Positions 42,438 to 52,770 are shown, numbered from the stretch's first letter. The stretch is 64,000 nt of DNA from an uncultured Fibrobacteria bacterium (GCA_963716395.1 OY970309.1:2272001-2336000); one strand, 5' to 3'. Program-made: numbers and translations. Notes: a model not told the origin generated them from the letters alone.

Positions 42438-43519
42438 AATCAAAACCACTCCTCATCCTCGGAATCGCCCTCTGTCTGGTACTCGGCATTTTTGCATTCG
42501 TGAAATGGCGCGGGAGCGGCGGACAAAAATCCACCGACGACGCATCGGACGATAAGGTGCCGACCATGGTCGCCGTCCAAACCGACACGCTCCGGCGGAT
42601 GACGTTGCACAATTATGTGAACGGATACGGAGTCGTGGAAGCCGCACCGGCGGCGGGAAGGAGATCTGCGGCGGGCGGGATTTTAGCCGCGCCGGGCGCC
42701 GGCGTCGTGGCCCAAGTGGATGTGGTCGCCGGTCAGAAAGTGAAAAAAGGCGAGGTGCTGGTGAAATTGAATTCCGCCACGGCAACTTTTGACTATGCCA
42801 AAGCGGAAGTTGAGCGGCAACAACGTTTGTTTGCGCAACAAAATACGTCGCAAAAAAATTTGCAAGACGCCGAAGCGCAATTGGCGTCGCTGGAAGTCGT
42901 CGCGCCGGTTGCCGGCACGGTAACGCGATTGGATGTCCAACCCGGTCAGGCGGTGGATGTCAACGCGCCGGTCGCCGAAGTGATTGATTTAAACCGGCTG
43001 GCTGTGGCGACTAAAATTCCGGAATCACAAGCGGGCGGATTGAAAGTCGGCGAAGAAGTTCAAATTCCGGACGCCGGTGGAAAACCCGCGAACGGGCAGA
43101 ATGCCCCCACTACCACCAAGCTGGCCTATGTCAGTCCCGCGGTGGACGCAACCGACGGAACGATTTCCGCTTGGGCGGTTTTGCCGAAAGACAGCGGATT
43201 GCGTCCGGGAGAATTCGTGCCGGTAAAAATCGTCACCGAAACTCGCAGCGATTGTCTGGTTGCGCCGGACGAAAGCGTGGTGAACGACAATAACGGCAAC
43301 AGCGTGATTGCGCGGGTGAAAGGGGTGGAGGCGACGCAAGTTCGGGTGCAAACCGGATTGCAAGAGGATCATTGGATCGAAATCACCGGAACGAATTTGC
43401 AGGCGGGCGATTCCGTGGTGACCGTCGGTGCCTACGGTTTGCCGGACCAGACCCAGATCAAAATCGTCAATCCGCCGGCGGATAGGTCCTCGGCAACCCC
43501 TTCCGTTGACGCGCAATGA
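42434..43519 (+). CDS. RND periplasmic adaptor (MFP)
   Basis: N-terminal TM; lipoyl-like GQKVKKGEVL/APVAGTV; VSPAVD, LRPGEF, VVTVGAYGL. Confidence 0.9.
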   Translation: MKSKPLLILGIALCLVLGIFAFVKWRGSGGQKSTDDASDDKVPTMVAVQTDTLRRMTLHNYVNGYGVVEAAPAAGRRSAAGGILAAPGAGVVAQVDVVAGQKVKKGEVLVKLNSATATFDYAKAEVERQQRLFAQQNTSQKNLQDAEAQLASLEVVAPVAGTVTRLDVQPGQAVDVNAPVAEVIDLNRLAVATKIPESQAGGLKVGEEVQIPDAGGKPANGQNAPTTTKLAYVSPAVDATDGTISAWAVLPKDSGLRPGEFVPVKIVTETRSDCLVAPDESVVNDNNGNSVIARVKGVEATQVRVQTGLQEDHWIEITGTNLQAGDSVVTVGAYGLPDQTQIKIVNPPADRSSATPSVDAQ

Positions 43520-46500
43520 ATTCCAGCTCTTCTTCGCGCCTGGGCCGGTTCGCGACGCATCACGCGATTTCCATCGTGTTCGTCGCCATCGTGCTTTGTC
43601 TCGCCGGAATTTTTTCCGCGCTGAGAACGCCCTCGTCGGTTTTTCCGCAAACGAATTTCCCGCGTATTGTCGTCATCGTCAACAACGGTATCATGCCCGC
43701 CAAGGAAATGATGGCGACGGTGACGCGGCCAATCGAGGAAGCGATGAAAAGCATTCCCGGCGTCACCTCGGTTCGTTCTTCCACGACCCGCGGTTCGGCC
43801 ATCGTGAATGTGATTTTTACTTGGGGCACCGACATGCAGAAATCCGAGCTTTACGTGCTCGGCAAGCTTTCGGGAATTCGCGGTGATTTGCCGGCCACGG
43901 TCTCCACCGATGTTTCGCGCGTCGCCTTTTCCTTGAGCTATCCCATCATCGGCATCAGCCTGACCAGCGATACGCGCAGTCAGATGGATTTGTGGGACAA
44001 GGCAAATTACACCATCAAGCCGCTCTTCCTGCAAATACCCGGCATTGCCAACGTGGATATTCTCGGCGGCCAGGAGCCGGAATATCGCGTCGTGGTGGAT
44101 CCGCTGAAATTACAGGCGACGCATCTCGGCTTGCAGGACGTGAGCCAGGCGCTGACGCAAAACAATCTGGTCGCCGCCGCCGGAATGGTCGTCGAAAACT
44201 ATCATCTGTATTTGACGACGGTGGACGGCCGGGTCCATTCGCCCGAAGACATCGGCAACGTGGTCATTGCCGTCCGCGACCATCATCCGATTCAAATCAA
44301 AGACGTGGCGTCGGTCGCACGCGCACCGGCGCCGGTTTACACGGACATCACCGCACAAGGCCGACAGGCGGTGCTTTTCAACATTGAAAGCCAGCCGGAT
44401 GCCAGCGTGTTGCAAATTGCCACCGCCTTGAAAAAAGATTTGCAACAGTTGCATCAGGAATTGCCGCCGGATATGCACCTGACGTTTTTTTACGATCAAT
44501 CGCAATTCGTGCAAGATTCGATCCGTAGCGTCTGGAGCGCGATCATTTTCGGCCTGATTCTCTCCATCGGCATCTTGTATTTCTTCCTGAAAAACTGGGG
44601 CAGCGTCTGGACGGCCATCGTCACGATTCCCATTTCGGTGCTCATCACCTTCGTCGTTATGAAACTCGTCGGTATGAGTTTCAACATGATGACGCTGGGC
44701 GGCATCGCGGCGTCCATCGGGTTGATTATTGATAACGCGATTGTCGTCGTTGAGGCCATGTGTCATCGCATCGTCGCCGGACGGCCACGGATGGAAGGCA
44801 TTCACGCGGCGATGGGTGAAATTTCCAAGGCGCTTATCGGCTCGACGTTGACGCCGGTGGTGGTGTTTTTACCGCTGGCGTTTTTGAGCGGCATGGCCGG
44901 GGTTTTTTTCCGTGCCCTGGGCTTGACCATGGTCGTGTCCTTACTTGTGTCCTTGCTATTGGCCATTACGCTGACGCCGTCGCTGGCGGCGTGGTTGATT
45001 CGCGGTCGAACCCAAGCGGTTGCCACCGCTGAAGAAGGTGGATTTTTGCTAAGGCCGATATTGCGGATTTATGAAGCGTCGGTGCGCTGGGCGTTGCGTC
45101 ACGCGTGGCTGACGCTGCTGGCGTGTGGAATGATTTTCGTCGCGAGCCTCTTCATTTTCCGGCAATTGGAAACCGGCTTTCTGCCGGATTTTGACGAAGG
45201 CGGGTTCGTCATGGATTACACTGCGCGGCCGGGCACGAGTCTCGCCGAAACCGCGCGCATTTTGGATGAAGCGGAAAAAAGCATTCGCGCCAATGCCGAC
45301 GTGGAAGGCTATTCGCGTCGGCTGGGCGCACAGCTTGGGCCGTTTATATCCGAACCCTACGTGGGCGATTACCTTATCAAGCTCAAAGCGAATCGCAAAC
45401 ACACCACCGAAGAAGTTCTGGCCGCGATGCGGCATGATTTCAACCGTCGCTTCCCGATGGTGCAATGGGATTTCCACGGTTACTTGGATGATTTAATCGG
45501 CGATTTGCAAATGGCGCCGACGCCGGTTGAGGTCAAATTGTTTTCGCCGGACATGGCCTGGCTGAAAACGAGCGCGCCGCGCATCGCGGATCAAATTCAG
45601 CAAATTCCCGGGGTGGTGGACGTCTTCAACGGCCTGACGGAAAGCGGGCCTTCCATTAATCTGCGCGTGCGCCCCGCGGACGCAGAACGCTTCGGCCTGA
45701 CCACCCAATCCATCGCCGATGCCGTGAATACCGCGCTGCTCGGGGAAGTTTCGTCCTATGTCCTGAAAGGCGACCGGGTCATCAACATCCGCGTGGTGGC
45801 CGAGCCCAAAAGCGTGAACACGATTGCCAAACTGCGCAATTTGCCCATCCGCACGCCGGAGGGCGCCGTCGTGCGCGTGGAGCAAGTCGCCGACTTGAGT
45901 ATTGCGCCGAACGAAGTGGAATTAAACCGCGAAGATTTGCGGCAGGACGACATCGTTTCCGCACGGCTGGAAGGTGTCGACCTCGGCACGGCGATGCATG
46001 AGATCCAGTCCAAATTGAGGCGGGACAGTTGGTTGCCGCCCGGCTCGGTGGAATACGGCGGGCTTTATCATTTGCAACAACAATCGTTTCGCAACTTGTT
46101 GGCCGTACTGCTGGCGGCCATCTTGCTTGTGTTCACCATGCTGCTGATTGAATTCCGTTCGTTCTACGAACCGATGGCCATCGTCTTCGGCTCCGTGCTG
46201 GCCTTGTTCGGCGCGTTGGCGGCTCTGTGGATTACCGGAATTTCGCTCAACATCATTTCCTTTCTCGGCATGATTATCGGCGTCGGCATCGTCGCCAAAA
46301 ATGGCATTCTCGTGCTGGATTATTTTCAACAACTGCGCGCGCAAGGCGTGGAACTTGTCGAGGCGCTGGTGCAGGCCGGCCATCGTCGCTTGCGTCCGGT
46401 GTTGATGACCTCGCTGGCGGCGGCGCTGGGCATGTTGCCGTTGGCCTGGGGCGCCGGCACCGGCGCGCAAATGCTCCAGCCGCTCGGCATCGCCGTGATC

Positions 46501-46620
46501 GGCGCGCTGTTCATTTCCGTGGTGCTGTCGCTCATCACCACGCCGGTCGTGTATTATTTGCTGATGCGAATCCATCTGCGGTTTTTGAAAAAGCATCCCG
46601 CGGGTGAATTGGCAACTTGA
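43516..46620 (+). CDS. RND efflux permease (AcrB/CzcA superfamily)
   Basis: 1034 aa; VFPQTNFPRI, GLIIDNAIVVVE, FLPDFDEG, GIVAKNGIL, RRLRPVLMT, QPLGIAVIG. Confidence 0.95.
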   Translation: MNSSSSSRLGRFATHHAISIVFVAIVLCLAGIFSALRTPSSVFPQTNFPRIVVIVNNGIMPAKEMMATVTRPIEEAMKSIPGVTSVRSSTTRGSAIVNVIFTWGTDMQKSELYVLGKLSGIRGDLPATVSTDVSRVAFSLSYPIIGISLTSDTRSQMDLWDKANYTIKPLFLQIPGIANVDILGGQEPEYRVVVDPLKLQATHLGLQDVSQALTQNNLVAAAGMVVENYHLYLTTVDGRVHSPEDIGNVVIAVRDHHPIQIKDVASVARAPAPVYTDITAQGRQAVLFNIESQPDASVLQIATALKKDLQQLHQELPPDMHLTFFYDQSQFVQDSIRSVWSAIIFGLILSIGILYFFLKNWGSVWTAIVTIPISVLITFVVMKLVGMSFNMMTLGGIAASIGLIIDNAIVVVEAMCHRIVAGRPRMEGIHAAMGEISKALIGSTLTPVVVFLPLAFLSGMAGVFFRALGLTMVVSLLVSLLLAITLTPSLAAWLIRGRTQAVATAEEGGFLLRPILRIYEASVRWALRHAWLTLLACGMIFVASLFIFRQLETGFLPDFDEGGFVMDYTARPGTSLAETARILDEAEKSIRANADVEGYSRRLGAQLGPFISEPYVGDYLIKLKANRKHTTEEVLAAMRHDFNRRFPMVQWDFHGYLDDLIGDLQMAPTPVEVKLFSPDMAWLKTSAPRIADQIQQIPGVVDVFNGLTESGPSINLRVRPADAERFGLTTQSIADAVNTALLGEVSSYVLKGDRVINIRVVAEPKSVNTIAKLRNLPIRTPEGAVVRVEQVADLSIAPNEVELNREDLRQDDIVSARLEGVDLGTAMHEIQSKLRRDSWLPPGSVEYGGLYHLQQQSFRNLLAVLLAAILLVFTMLLIEFRSFYEPMAIVFGSVLALFGALAALWITGISLNIISFLGMIIGVGIVAKNGILVLDYFQQLRAQGVELVEALVQAGHRRLRPVLMTSLAAALGMLPLAWGAGTGAQMLQPLGIAVIGALFISVVLSLITTPVVYYLLMRIHLRFLKKHPAGELAT

Positions 46621-46649
46621 TCAGCCCAAAGGACAATTCCTAAATCAAA

Positions 46650-48092
46650 CTAACGGGCATGTTTTTCTCTTTTGCCACGATTATTTGCGGGGCGGCTCCA
46701 ACCCCTGTAATTAAACCGAGGTTGAAATTTTCGTGTTGTATTTGAAGTCGGAGTTGTCCTTTGCCATCCATTATGGTTGGGCGGCCTGAAATTTTCGTGG
46801 GGCCGCGGCGGCCGCTGGGCTTGCGGGATGGGGCGCCTTCCTGGATTAATAGACCGCGGGGGAATTTCCGAATTCGTTTCGCCCCTTCTTTGCCATCCGT
46901 GAAACTGCTGGTCTACGTGGTTCGGCCTTGCAAAATCCTGTTTTTCCTGAACGGCATTTCGTTGTACTCCCCTCTGAATATCGCGACGGTGGGGTGGGCT
47001 CCCGGATGAAATGGAAAGCGGACGCATTTTTTCCAGATTTACCCTTTCGCCGCCATGATGCGGTGATGTCCAAATACCCGTAGATCGCGAATCCCGATGG
47101 TTCCAACCTGAATGATATCTCTCTTCAAAATGGTTCTCCCACCCTTCATCCCGCCGGTGCTCCCAACGCTCATGCACGAACACCGGGTCATATCCCAATC
47201 CCCGCGATTCAAAATCGAAGGAAGCATAGAACCCCCGATGCAAGGAGGCGTCGGAGTAGTAATCTCCGAAATAATAATGGTCGTCATCTGACCGAAGAAA
47301 AAGATGGTTGGGAAGTACGGCTAAATCAATTTCATCGTGAGGACGATAACGATAATGTCGCCATCCGTGATCATGATGTTCGAAATAAACCGGCGCAAAG
47401 AGAACGCCGCGCCGGTCAAAGGCATAATCCCAATATCCGCCGACGAATACGTAACCATTCGGAGTCCAGCTATAATAGCTGGGGCACCAATCCCAATCAG
47501 CCTCTCCTAACATCCAATAACCGGGGCTCCAATCGTACCTGCCTTGAGTCCAAACCCAGCATCCCGGCACCCAGACATAATCATCGGAAGGCGCGGGAAG
47601 GTCGGGCCCGTCCTCCAGCGTGGCCGGAGGATCCGGTAAATAAACGGTGGCCGTGCTGTCGGCGGCATCCGCCCAATAACCGGAAACCCATTGATATCCT
47701 CCGACGACTTTGACCCATTCACCGGATACCCACTGTCGTCCCGGTGGTGTCGCCCGCCAGATGCCGCTCACCCAAATAAAGTCGTGGCGATCCACATCCC
47801 AAGCCCAGTAACCCGGAATCCAGACCACATGGTCACCTTCCGGTTTTACGGAGGGAGGAATTTCGCGGATGTTTTCCGGAGGTTTTTTCGGAACGACGCT
47901 TCCCGGCGTGGGTTGGTAGGATTCGGCTTCTGCAAAGGCTTCGTGAACGGGACCGCTCGTTAAGGTTTGCTCCTGGGAGACCGGTGTATCGGTCGAATCG
48001 GCAAAGGAAAAGATTATTCCCTGGCCCAGGCAAAACCAGAATACGCTGATTGCCAGCGAGAGTTGCCGAAATGGGATGGGCGACGCATACAT
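46650..48092 (-). CDS. Secreted YXWGXW/WXXGXW-repeat protein with disordered Arg/His/Gln-rich tail
   Basis: Likely start ATG 48092. GPVHEAFA, WIPGYWAW, WVSGIW, WVSGEW, WVSGYW, WVPGCW, WSPGYW, FVGGYW repeats. Confidence 0.8.
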   Translation of the reverse strand: MYASPIPFRQLSLAISVFWFCLGQGIIFSFADSTDTPVSQEQTLTSGPVHEAFAEAESYQPTPGSVVPKKPPENIREIPPSVKPEGDHVVWIPGYWAWDVDRHDFIWVSGIWRATPPGRQWVSGEWVKVVGGYQWVSGYWADAADSTATVYLPDPPATLEDGPDLPAPSDDYVWVPGCWVWTQGRYDWSPGYWMLGEADWDWCPSYYSWTPNGYVFVGGYWDYAFDRRGVLFAPVYFEHHDHGWRHYRYRPHDEIDLAVLPNHLFLRSDDDHYYFGDYYSDASLHRGFYASFDFESRGLGYDPVFVHERWEHRRDEGWENHFEERYHSGWNHRDSRSTGIWTSPHHGGERVNLEKMRPLSISSGSPPHRRDIQRGVQRNAVQEKQDFARPNHVDQQFHGWQRRGETNSEIPPRSINPGRRPIPQAQRPPRPHENFRPPNHNGWQRTTPTSNTTRKFQPRFNYRGWSRPANNRGKREKHAR

Positions 48093-48420
48093 GGGTTTAC
48101 TTCTTTTTAACCCTACCCTGAATATACTCGGAACCGAGAGCCCCATGAGCTTTCGTTTCAAAATGATGGGGTTTCGAGGCGGTGTATCACCGGCTGGAAA
48201 GAAAACGTTACACGCCGAATCATCGTCGGAGACGAAGGTAAAAGCGCCGCTCAACGAAAAGCACATAGACCACCGCCGGAATTTTTTCCCTGCGCTACCA
48301 GTTGGGCATGGGAAGCGGCGGTTGGGGGCGAGAAGCAGGAAGCAGGCGAGTTTCGAGTTCATGGTTATCTCCCGATGAATTGTTGTTCCTGTCGTTCTGG
48401 CGACGGAGTGTTTTGGAAGT

Positions 48421-49056
48421 TCAGTGTTGCACCCCGCGTTGCGGGGCGGAACGTCCATGCGGGGCATGGAAAGGATTTTGCCTGCCTGTATTTCTCCCGT
48501 AAGATCGGCCGTCGTGATTCTCGGAATCATAACCGTCGCGGTTTCTATGATCGCCGCGATATCCGCCGTTGCCTTTTATTTCACGGTCATCGCCTCGGCG
48601 GCGGTGGCCGCCCTGCCGGGAGTTATCGTGATATTCATCGCGATATCTGCGCGAATACTCACCATGACGGTCAAAGCCGCCGCGCCGCATTTCGATGCGT
48701 CGTTCCGGACGCCGTTCAATTACCCAGACGCGGCGTCCATGCACGATGCGCAGCATACGGTAGGGATGATCCACCACCAGCACACGCGGGTTGACGGCAT
48801 CGCAACTTGGGGATGCGTATTCTATCGGCGCCGTAGTTTCCTCGGTCACAATTTGTGGTTGATCGCCATCGTCCCATGTTTTGGCGATGGTGACTTGAGC
48901 ATGGGGAAGACCGAAGGATATGGCGATCCCGCCGTCTGCGCGCGCGGGTGTTGCGGACAACAACGCGGCGGAGGCAATGCCGGCCAACAAGCCGGCGACG
49001 GTTCGGCCTTGGATTAAACCGGCCCAATGGGACTGGGTTTGGTAGTGAGTTTTCAT
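48421..49056 (-). CDS. Hypothetical secreted protein with Arg/Asp/Gly/His-rich disordered C-terminus
   Basis: AGGAGG RBS; signal ending PARA; tail of RGG/DDR/GDH motifs. Confidence 0.7.
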   Translation of the reverse strand: MKTHYQTQSHWAGLIQGRTVAGLLAGIASAALLSATPARADGGIAISFGLPHAQVTIAKTWDDGDQPQIVTEETTAPIEYASPSCDAVNPRVLVVDHPYRMLRIVHGRRVWVIERRPERRIEMRRGGFDRHGEYSRRYRDEYHDNSRQGGHRRRGDDREIKGNGGYRGDHRNRDGYDSENHDGRSYGRNTGRQNPFHAPHGRSAPQRGVQH

Positions 49057-49103
49057 AAGACGCCTCCTGGTCTTTGGTTTGGAATAGTTCATACCCCAGT
49101 CAA

Positions 49104-49120
49104 AACAAGATTCGGGCCAA
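49104..49120 (-). promoter_or_regulatory. Possible sigma54 (-24/-12) promoter for 48421-49056
   Basis: TTGGCCCGAATCTTGTT: GG-N10-GT versus consensus TGGCACG-N4-TTGC. Confidence 0.35.
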
Positions 49121-49359
49121 TTCGAGAAACACCGATTTTGGCCAAAACGCAGGTTCTGATGCGAAAAACCGCCCAACATCTTTACAGGTGTCCACCCCTT
49201 GGGGAGGTGTGGCGGTTCAGTCTTTTAAGGCTTGCCGTGAAGCCGAATCAATGGAAAAGTGAACGCTGAGGGACGAAAACAGGATCTGGTCGAATTCGAA
49301 ACCTTACAGCCCCCGAAAGGGGATCCATGAGTTGGCGTGAATGTTCGGTCGCAAACTGG

Positions 49360-49492
49360 ATGTGTGTTCTCAGAACATTCCCAATTCGGCTCTCCCTTTC
49401 TCTTTCAAAAAGGGAAAAGGTGGTTACGAATCGTTCTGGGCGGCACTTTTTTGAAGTGCCCGGAAGTGGCTTATTTTAAGTGCCCACTCACA
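49360..49492 (-). mobile_element. IS21-family left-end remnant with istA stub
   Basis: Minus strand begins TGTGAGT-GGGCACTTAAAATAAGCCA-cttcc-GGGCACTTCAAAAAAGTGCC (TG terminus plus tandem sub-terminal repeats), then an AAAGGGAG RBS and ATT-GGG-AAT-GTT-CTG resembling a decayed IstA start (MGNVL). Confidence 0.55.
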
Positions 49493-49523
49493 TCACGACT
49501 AATTTTAAGATGGCCTCTGGGCA

Positions 49524-50546
49524 TTACTTGGTATACAACACAAGCTGCGGGCCGTATAGTTGGGGTGATACAAAATCCTTGGAAAACATGTAAAGAGTTG
49601 CCGCAGTCTTGGATTCTATGGCGATGGAGAGAGTATCGGAAACGGCGACAGAATCGGAGAAGAACCGAGTTACATCCAGCGTCATCAAACCGATGCTGTC
49701 AAGCGGGAGGTAGTGATCTGCGGCTGTGGGAACAAACCCTACCGAGGAGTCAACAATCTGAAGCGAGTTTCGCAGAGCAGTGGAATTACTCCATCTAATT
49801 CCGCTTGCCGAAGCTGGATTCATACTGCCTGCAGGCGGTACATATTGAGGAAAATCTTCATAGGCAACGTCATAATTGTTGTGCTTCGCTCCGTCGAAAT
49901 AATACCAGTTCCCGGCTCCCTCGGCCCATGATCCAGAAACCGAACAGGTATACAAGAGGTAATCGGTCGCCGCTGGAGAAGCCATTCCGTGAAGTACCAA
50001 TTCCGCTTTTTGGATTTTTTTTCCGGCCAATGTGCTTTTGATGCCGGTGAAGCCCACCAACACAATGCCGTCCGGATACAACCGCAAGTCAGATCCCAAT
50101 CCGACATTCCAATCCTCAGAATCAATACCCACGTCTTGCGCCGCATAAATCGTTTTGGGAGAGGTTGGGGCCACCTTACCCACATCGCATTTGCCATCCA
50201 ATTGTATTCCGGAAATGGAAACGGTTTGCGTATCGCTGTCTTTTTTAAAAGAACACTCCAGATTATAGCGCCCCATTTTCAAAGTTGAGAATTGAAAATG
50301 ACCCACATCATCTGTTCTTGACGAATCGAAAACGCCAACATTTTCAATCGCCGTTTTGGCAAGACCAGTATCCATCGGGGCGGAAGAGACCAACACCAAG
50401 GCCTCGGAAACGGGATTTCCCTGCAAATCCAAAATGGTGCCGGAAAGCACCTCGTTCGAATCGCCAGCTCCCCTTGAGGAGAAGAGACAGGCGTTGAAAA
50501 CAGATAAAATACAGATGCAAGTTAAATAACCGATCCCATTTTTCAT
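49524..50546 (-). CDS. Lipoprotein with carboxypeptidase-regulatory-like domain and DNRLRE/CBM96-like domain
   Basis: Lipobox FNAC; SGTILDLQGNPVSEALV...TDDVGHFQF...GRYNL; IQKAELVL...SWAEG...LDVT...SKD...PQLVL. Confidence 0.7.
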   Translation of the reverse strand: MKNGIGYLTCICILSVFNACLFSSRGAGDSNEVLSGTILDLQGNPVSEALVLVSSAPMDTGLAKTAIENVGVFDSSRTDDVGHFQFSTLKMGRYNLECSFKKDSDTQTVSISGIQLDGKCDVGKVAPTSPKTIYAAQDVGIDSEDWNVGLGSDLRLYPDGIVLVGFTGIKSTLAGKKIQKAELVLHGMASPAATDYLLYTCSVSGSWAEGAGNWYYFDGAKHNNYDVAYEDFPQYVPPAGSMNPASASGIRWSNSTALRNSLQIVDSSVGFVPTAADHYLPLDSIGLMTLDVTRFFSDSVAVSDTLSIAIESKTAATLYMFSKDFVSPQLYGPQLVLYTK

Positions 50547-50612
50547 GTTTCCGCCCATTGTTTGTTGTTCAAACTGTAGCAGATATTTTAACATAGAAAT
50601 TGGACACCCAGT

Positions 50613-51029
50613 TCAGATTTTTAATAAGCGGGCTAAATCATTTTCTCCTTGCACCACGGCCAAGGCGTAAACTGTGATTTGTCCGGGCATTTGCGCGTTC
50701 ACAGCGGCGCCTTTGGAAATCAAAAGTCTGGCGACTTCGGTATGATGTCCCCAAATCGCATCCATCAGGGCGCTATTCCCGCTCTCGTCTTGGGCGTTTA
50801 TGTTCGGCCCCTCTTCTAACAGGTACTGCACGATATCTAAATCGCCATCCAACGCCGCCTACTGCAAGGGCGTCCAGTTGATCGTAACTTGCGTATTTAC
50901 GTTAGCGCCATGTTGAACCATGGCCTTGATTTCAGGTAAATTTGCGGTACGGACATTATAAAAAATGCTATCGATTTATGCTTGAAAGATTATCGGAATT
51001 GAAAGCAAGATTAAAAATAAAATTTTCAT
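50613..51029 (-). pseudogene. Secreted ankyrin-repeat protein pseudogene
   Basis: One frame from ATG 51029 (GGGAGGGG RBS) with in-frame TAA at 50976-78 and TAG at 50859-61 (WTPLQ*AALDG); GANVN, NINAQDESGNSAL, GAAVNAQ repeats. Confidence 0.8.
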
Positions 51030-51188
51030 AATCCCCTCCCATGTTCCTTTTGAAGCCTGGTAATAAATTACATGTTTGAAAGGTGAGTATTGTACAAGAT
51101 TAAATTATATTAATTGACAAGAAGGCGCGTGAAATGTGTGATTTTGAATAATCAGATTAACTTTCTCCATTGTTAAAGAAAAATTCAG

Positions 51189-51410
51189 ATGAATTTTAAA
51201 GTCTTTGAGATATTTCTTGAAGCCGGGATCATCCTGAGCCCCATCGCCGCGTTATTGGCTTACATCATTATCTACATCGAATATGCTCGGCATTATCAAA
51301 CAAAAGACAAAACCAGAAAAATCGCTTTTCAATTCGCAAAAACGGCTTTTATTTTTTTCTTTGTTGCAACTCTGATTTCCGGTATTTTGATTTCTCTTGT
51401 ATATTCCTGA
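51189..51410 (+). CDS. Small 2-TM hypothetical membrane protein
   Basis: 73 aa, two hydrophobic helices around EYARHY; AT-rich. Confidence 0.55.
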   Translation: MNFKVFEIFLEAGIILSPIAALLAYIIIYIEYARHYQTKDKTRKIAFQFAKTAFIFFFVATLISGILISLVYS

Positions 51411-51639
51411 ATCATGGCGCGCTCATTAAAAATTGCTTTCTAGGTTATTTTTGTGAACCCAGGGTGAATGCGATTTGAGGAAAATACCGCGGGCATCGCT
51501 GTCGGGCGGCATCGGAAAATAAGTCGCCCAACGCTTCCATGTAAAACCAAGATACTTGTCGGAGATGCGATGACGGGCGCCTCGCAGGCTACGTTCCTGC
51601 AAATGGACGAGGACTGCCGATAACATTTTCTATTTTTAA

Positions 51640-52043
51640 TAAATACCATTAGTTCATCAAAATCCGAAATATTTTATTGGATTACTATAATGTTTTCACA
51701 AACCCTTGGAACTGCACTCGGGGACTGGAAGGCAGATTCGATAGGGTTGGGGTATGTCGGCGGAGCCGCCATATTTTCAGGATTGCTTTTACTCGTTGCG
51801 GCCGGCTATTATTGGTCGAAGGTTTCCAGGACCATGCTTTTTTGCACGGCATTTATTCTTGCCAGACCGCTTGTCTCTGTGGTTGGTGATTATCTTGACA
51901 AGCCCCATTCCAGGGGCGGTTTGGCGTTGAGCCGGTATTCTGCGTCAGCCGTAATTCTTGTCTTTATCGTGGTTTGTATCTTTATTTTTCCGCAAGGGCC
52001 GCGGAAAAAGTCATTAAACAAGATTGAGCGCGTATACAGATAA
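51640..52043 (+). pseudogene. C-terminal fragment of a COG4705/DUF347 membrane-anchored protein
   Basis: EIFYWITIMFSQTLGTALGD...AFILARPL..VVGDYLDKP...GGLALSR; N-terminal half missing. Confidence 0.7.
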
Positions 52044-52180
52044 AAAAATCAATTGAACACGTAGTAATTATTGCAAATTTGAGAAACCATTTCTATCTCA
52101 AAACAAATACACTTGGAAAAATTACTTATCCGTGGCTAAAATTGCCTGAACCTCAATAGTTGGGAATTGGATTTAATAAA

Positions 52181-52600
52181 ATGAATACTTGGTGGTTTTA
52201 CGCCCTGTTGTCCGCATTCTTTGCCGCCTTGACGGCAATCCTCGCCAAAATTGGAATTAAAGGTGTCGATTCCGATCTGGCCACAGGAATCCGAACTGTG
52301 GTGATTCTATTCATTACGTGGGGAATAGTTTTCTTTAAAAAATCGGGCGCAAGCATATTTTCCTTATCAAGACACAGTTTGATTTTCATCTGCGCTTCCG
52401 GAGTTGCAACGGGTATTTCCTGGTTGTTTTATTTTCGGGCGCTTCAGTTGGGGAAGGTCTCCCTGGTCGCTCCCATTGACAAAGCAAGTCTGGCGATTAC
52501 GATTTTACTTTCGGTTTTATTTTTGGGTGAAACGTTGACGCTTAAAACATCAATCGGGGCGGTTCTTATTTTGGCCGGAACCTTAATTCTGGTTCTATGA
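52181..52600 (+). CDS. Single-domain EamA/DMT-family transporter
   Basis: YALLSAFFAALTAILAKIG, LATGIRT, SWLFYFRALQLG, VAPIDK. Confidence 0.9.
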   Translation: MNTWWFYALLSAFFAALTAILAKIGIKGVDSDLATGIRTVVILFITWGIVFFKKSGASIFSLSRHSLIFICASGVATGISWLFYFRALQLGKVSLVAPIDKASLAITILLSVLFLGETLTLKTSIGAVLILAGTLILVL

Positions 52601-52770
52601 TGTCGGAAATAAAGTATTAATTTAAAAATGGGAAACCTTATTCAAAGAAAGGCCCCCGTTTTCCTTGAAACTCTGACCTATTCCGCACACTTGGAGGTAC
52701 AGCTTTAACGGAAGCAATGAAGTTTGCAATTCGTGAGAAAACCATTACTTTTTTGGGATAAAGGAAGTGC

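Noticed and set aside
48093-48530. N-terminal extension of the YXWGXW ORF
   Set aside because: Overlaps the upstream gene and precedes a plausible signal peptide at 48092. An RBS-ATG at about 48363 may be a remnant, but support is insufficient.
49255-49330. Hammerhead ribozyme or intron end (CTGAGGGACGAAA; CCCC-GAAA-GGGG hairpin)
   Set aside because: The core does not match CUGAnGA with supporting stems; only an isolated GNRA hairpin.
51426-51626. Possible phosphoribosyltransferase fragment
   Set aside because: Only a vague resemblance (KRWATYFP); cannot be supported without a search.
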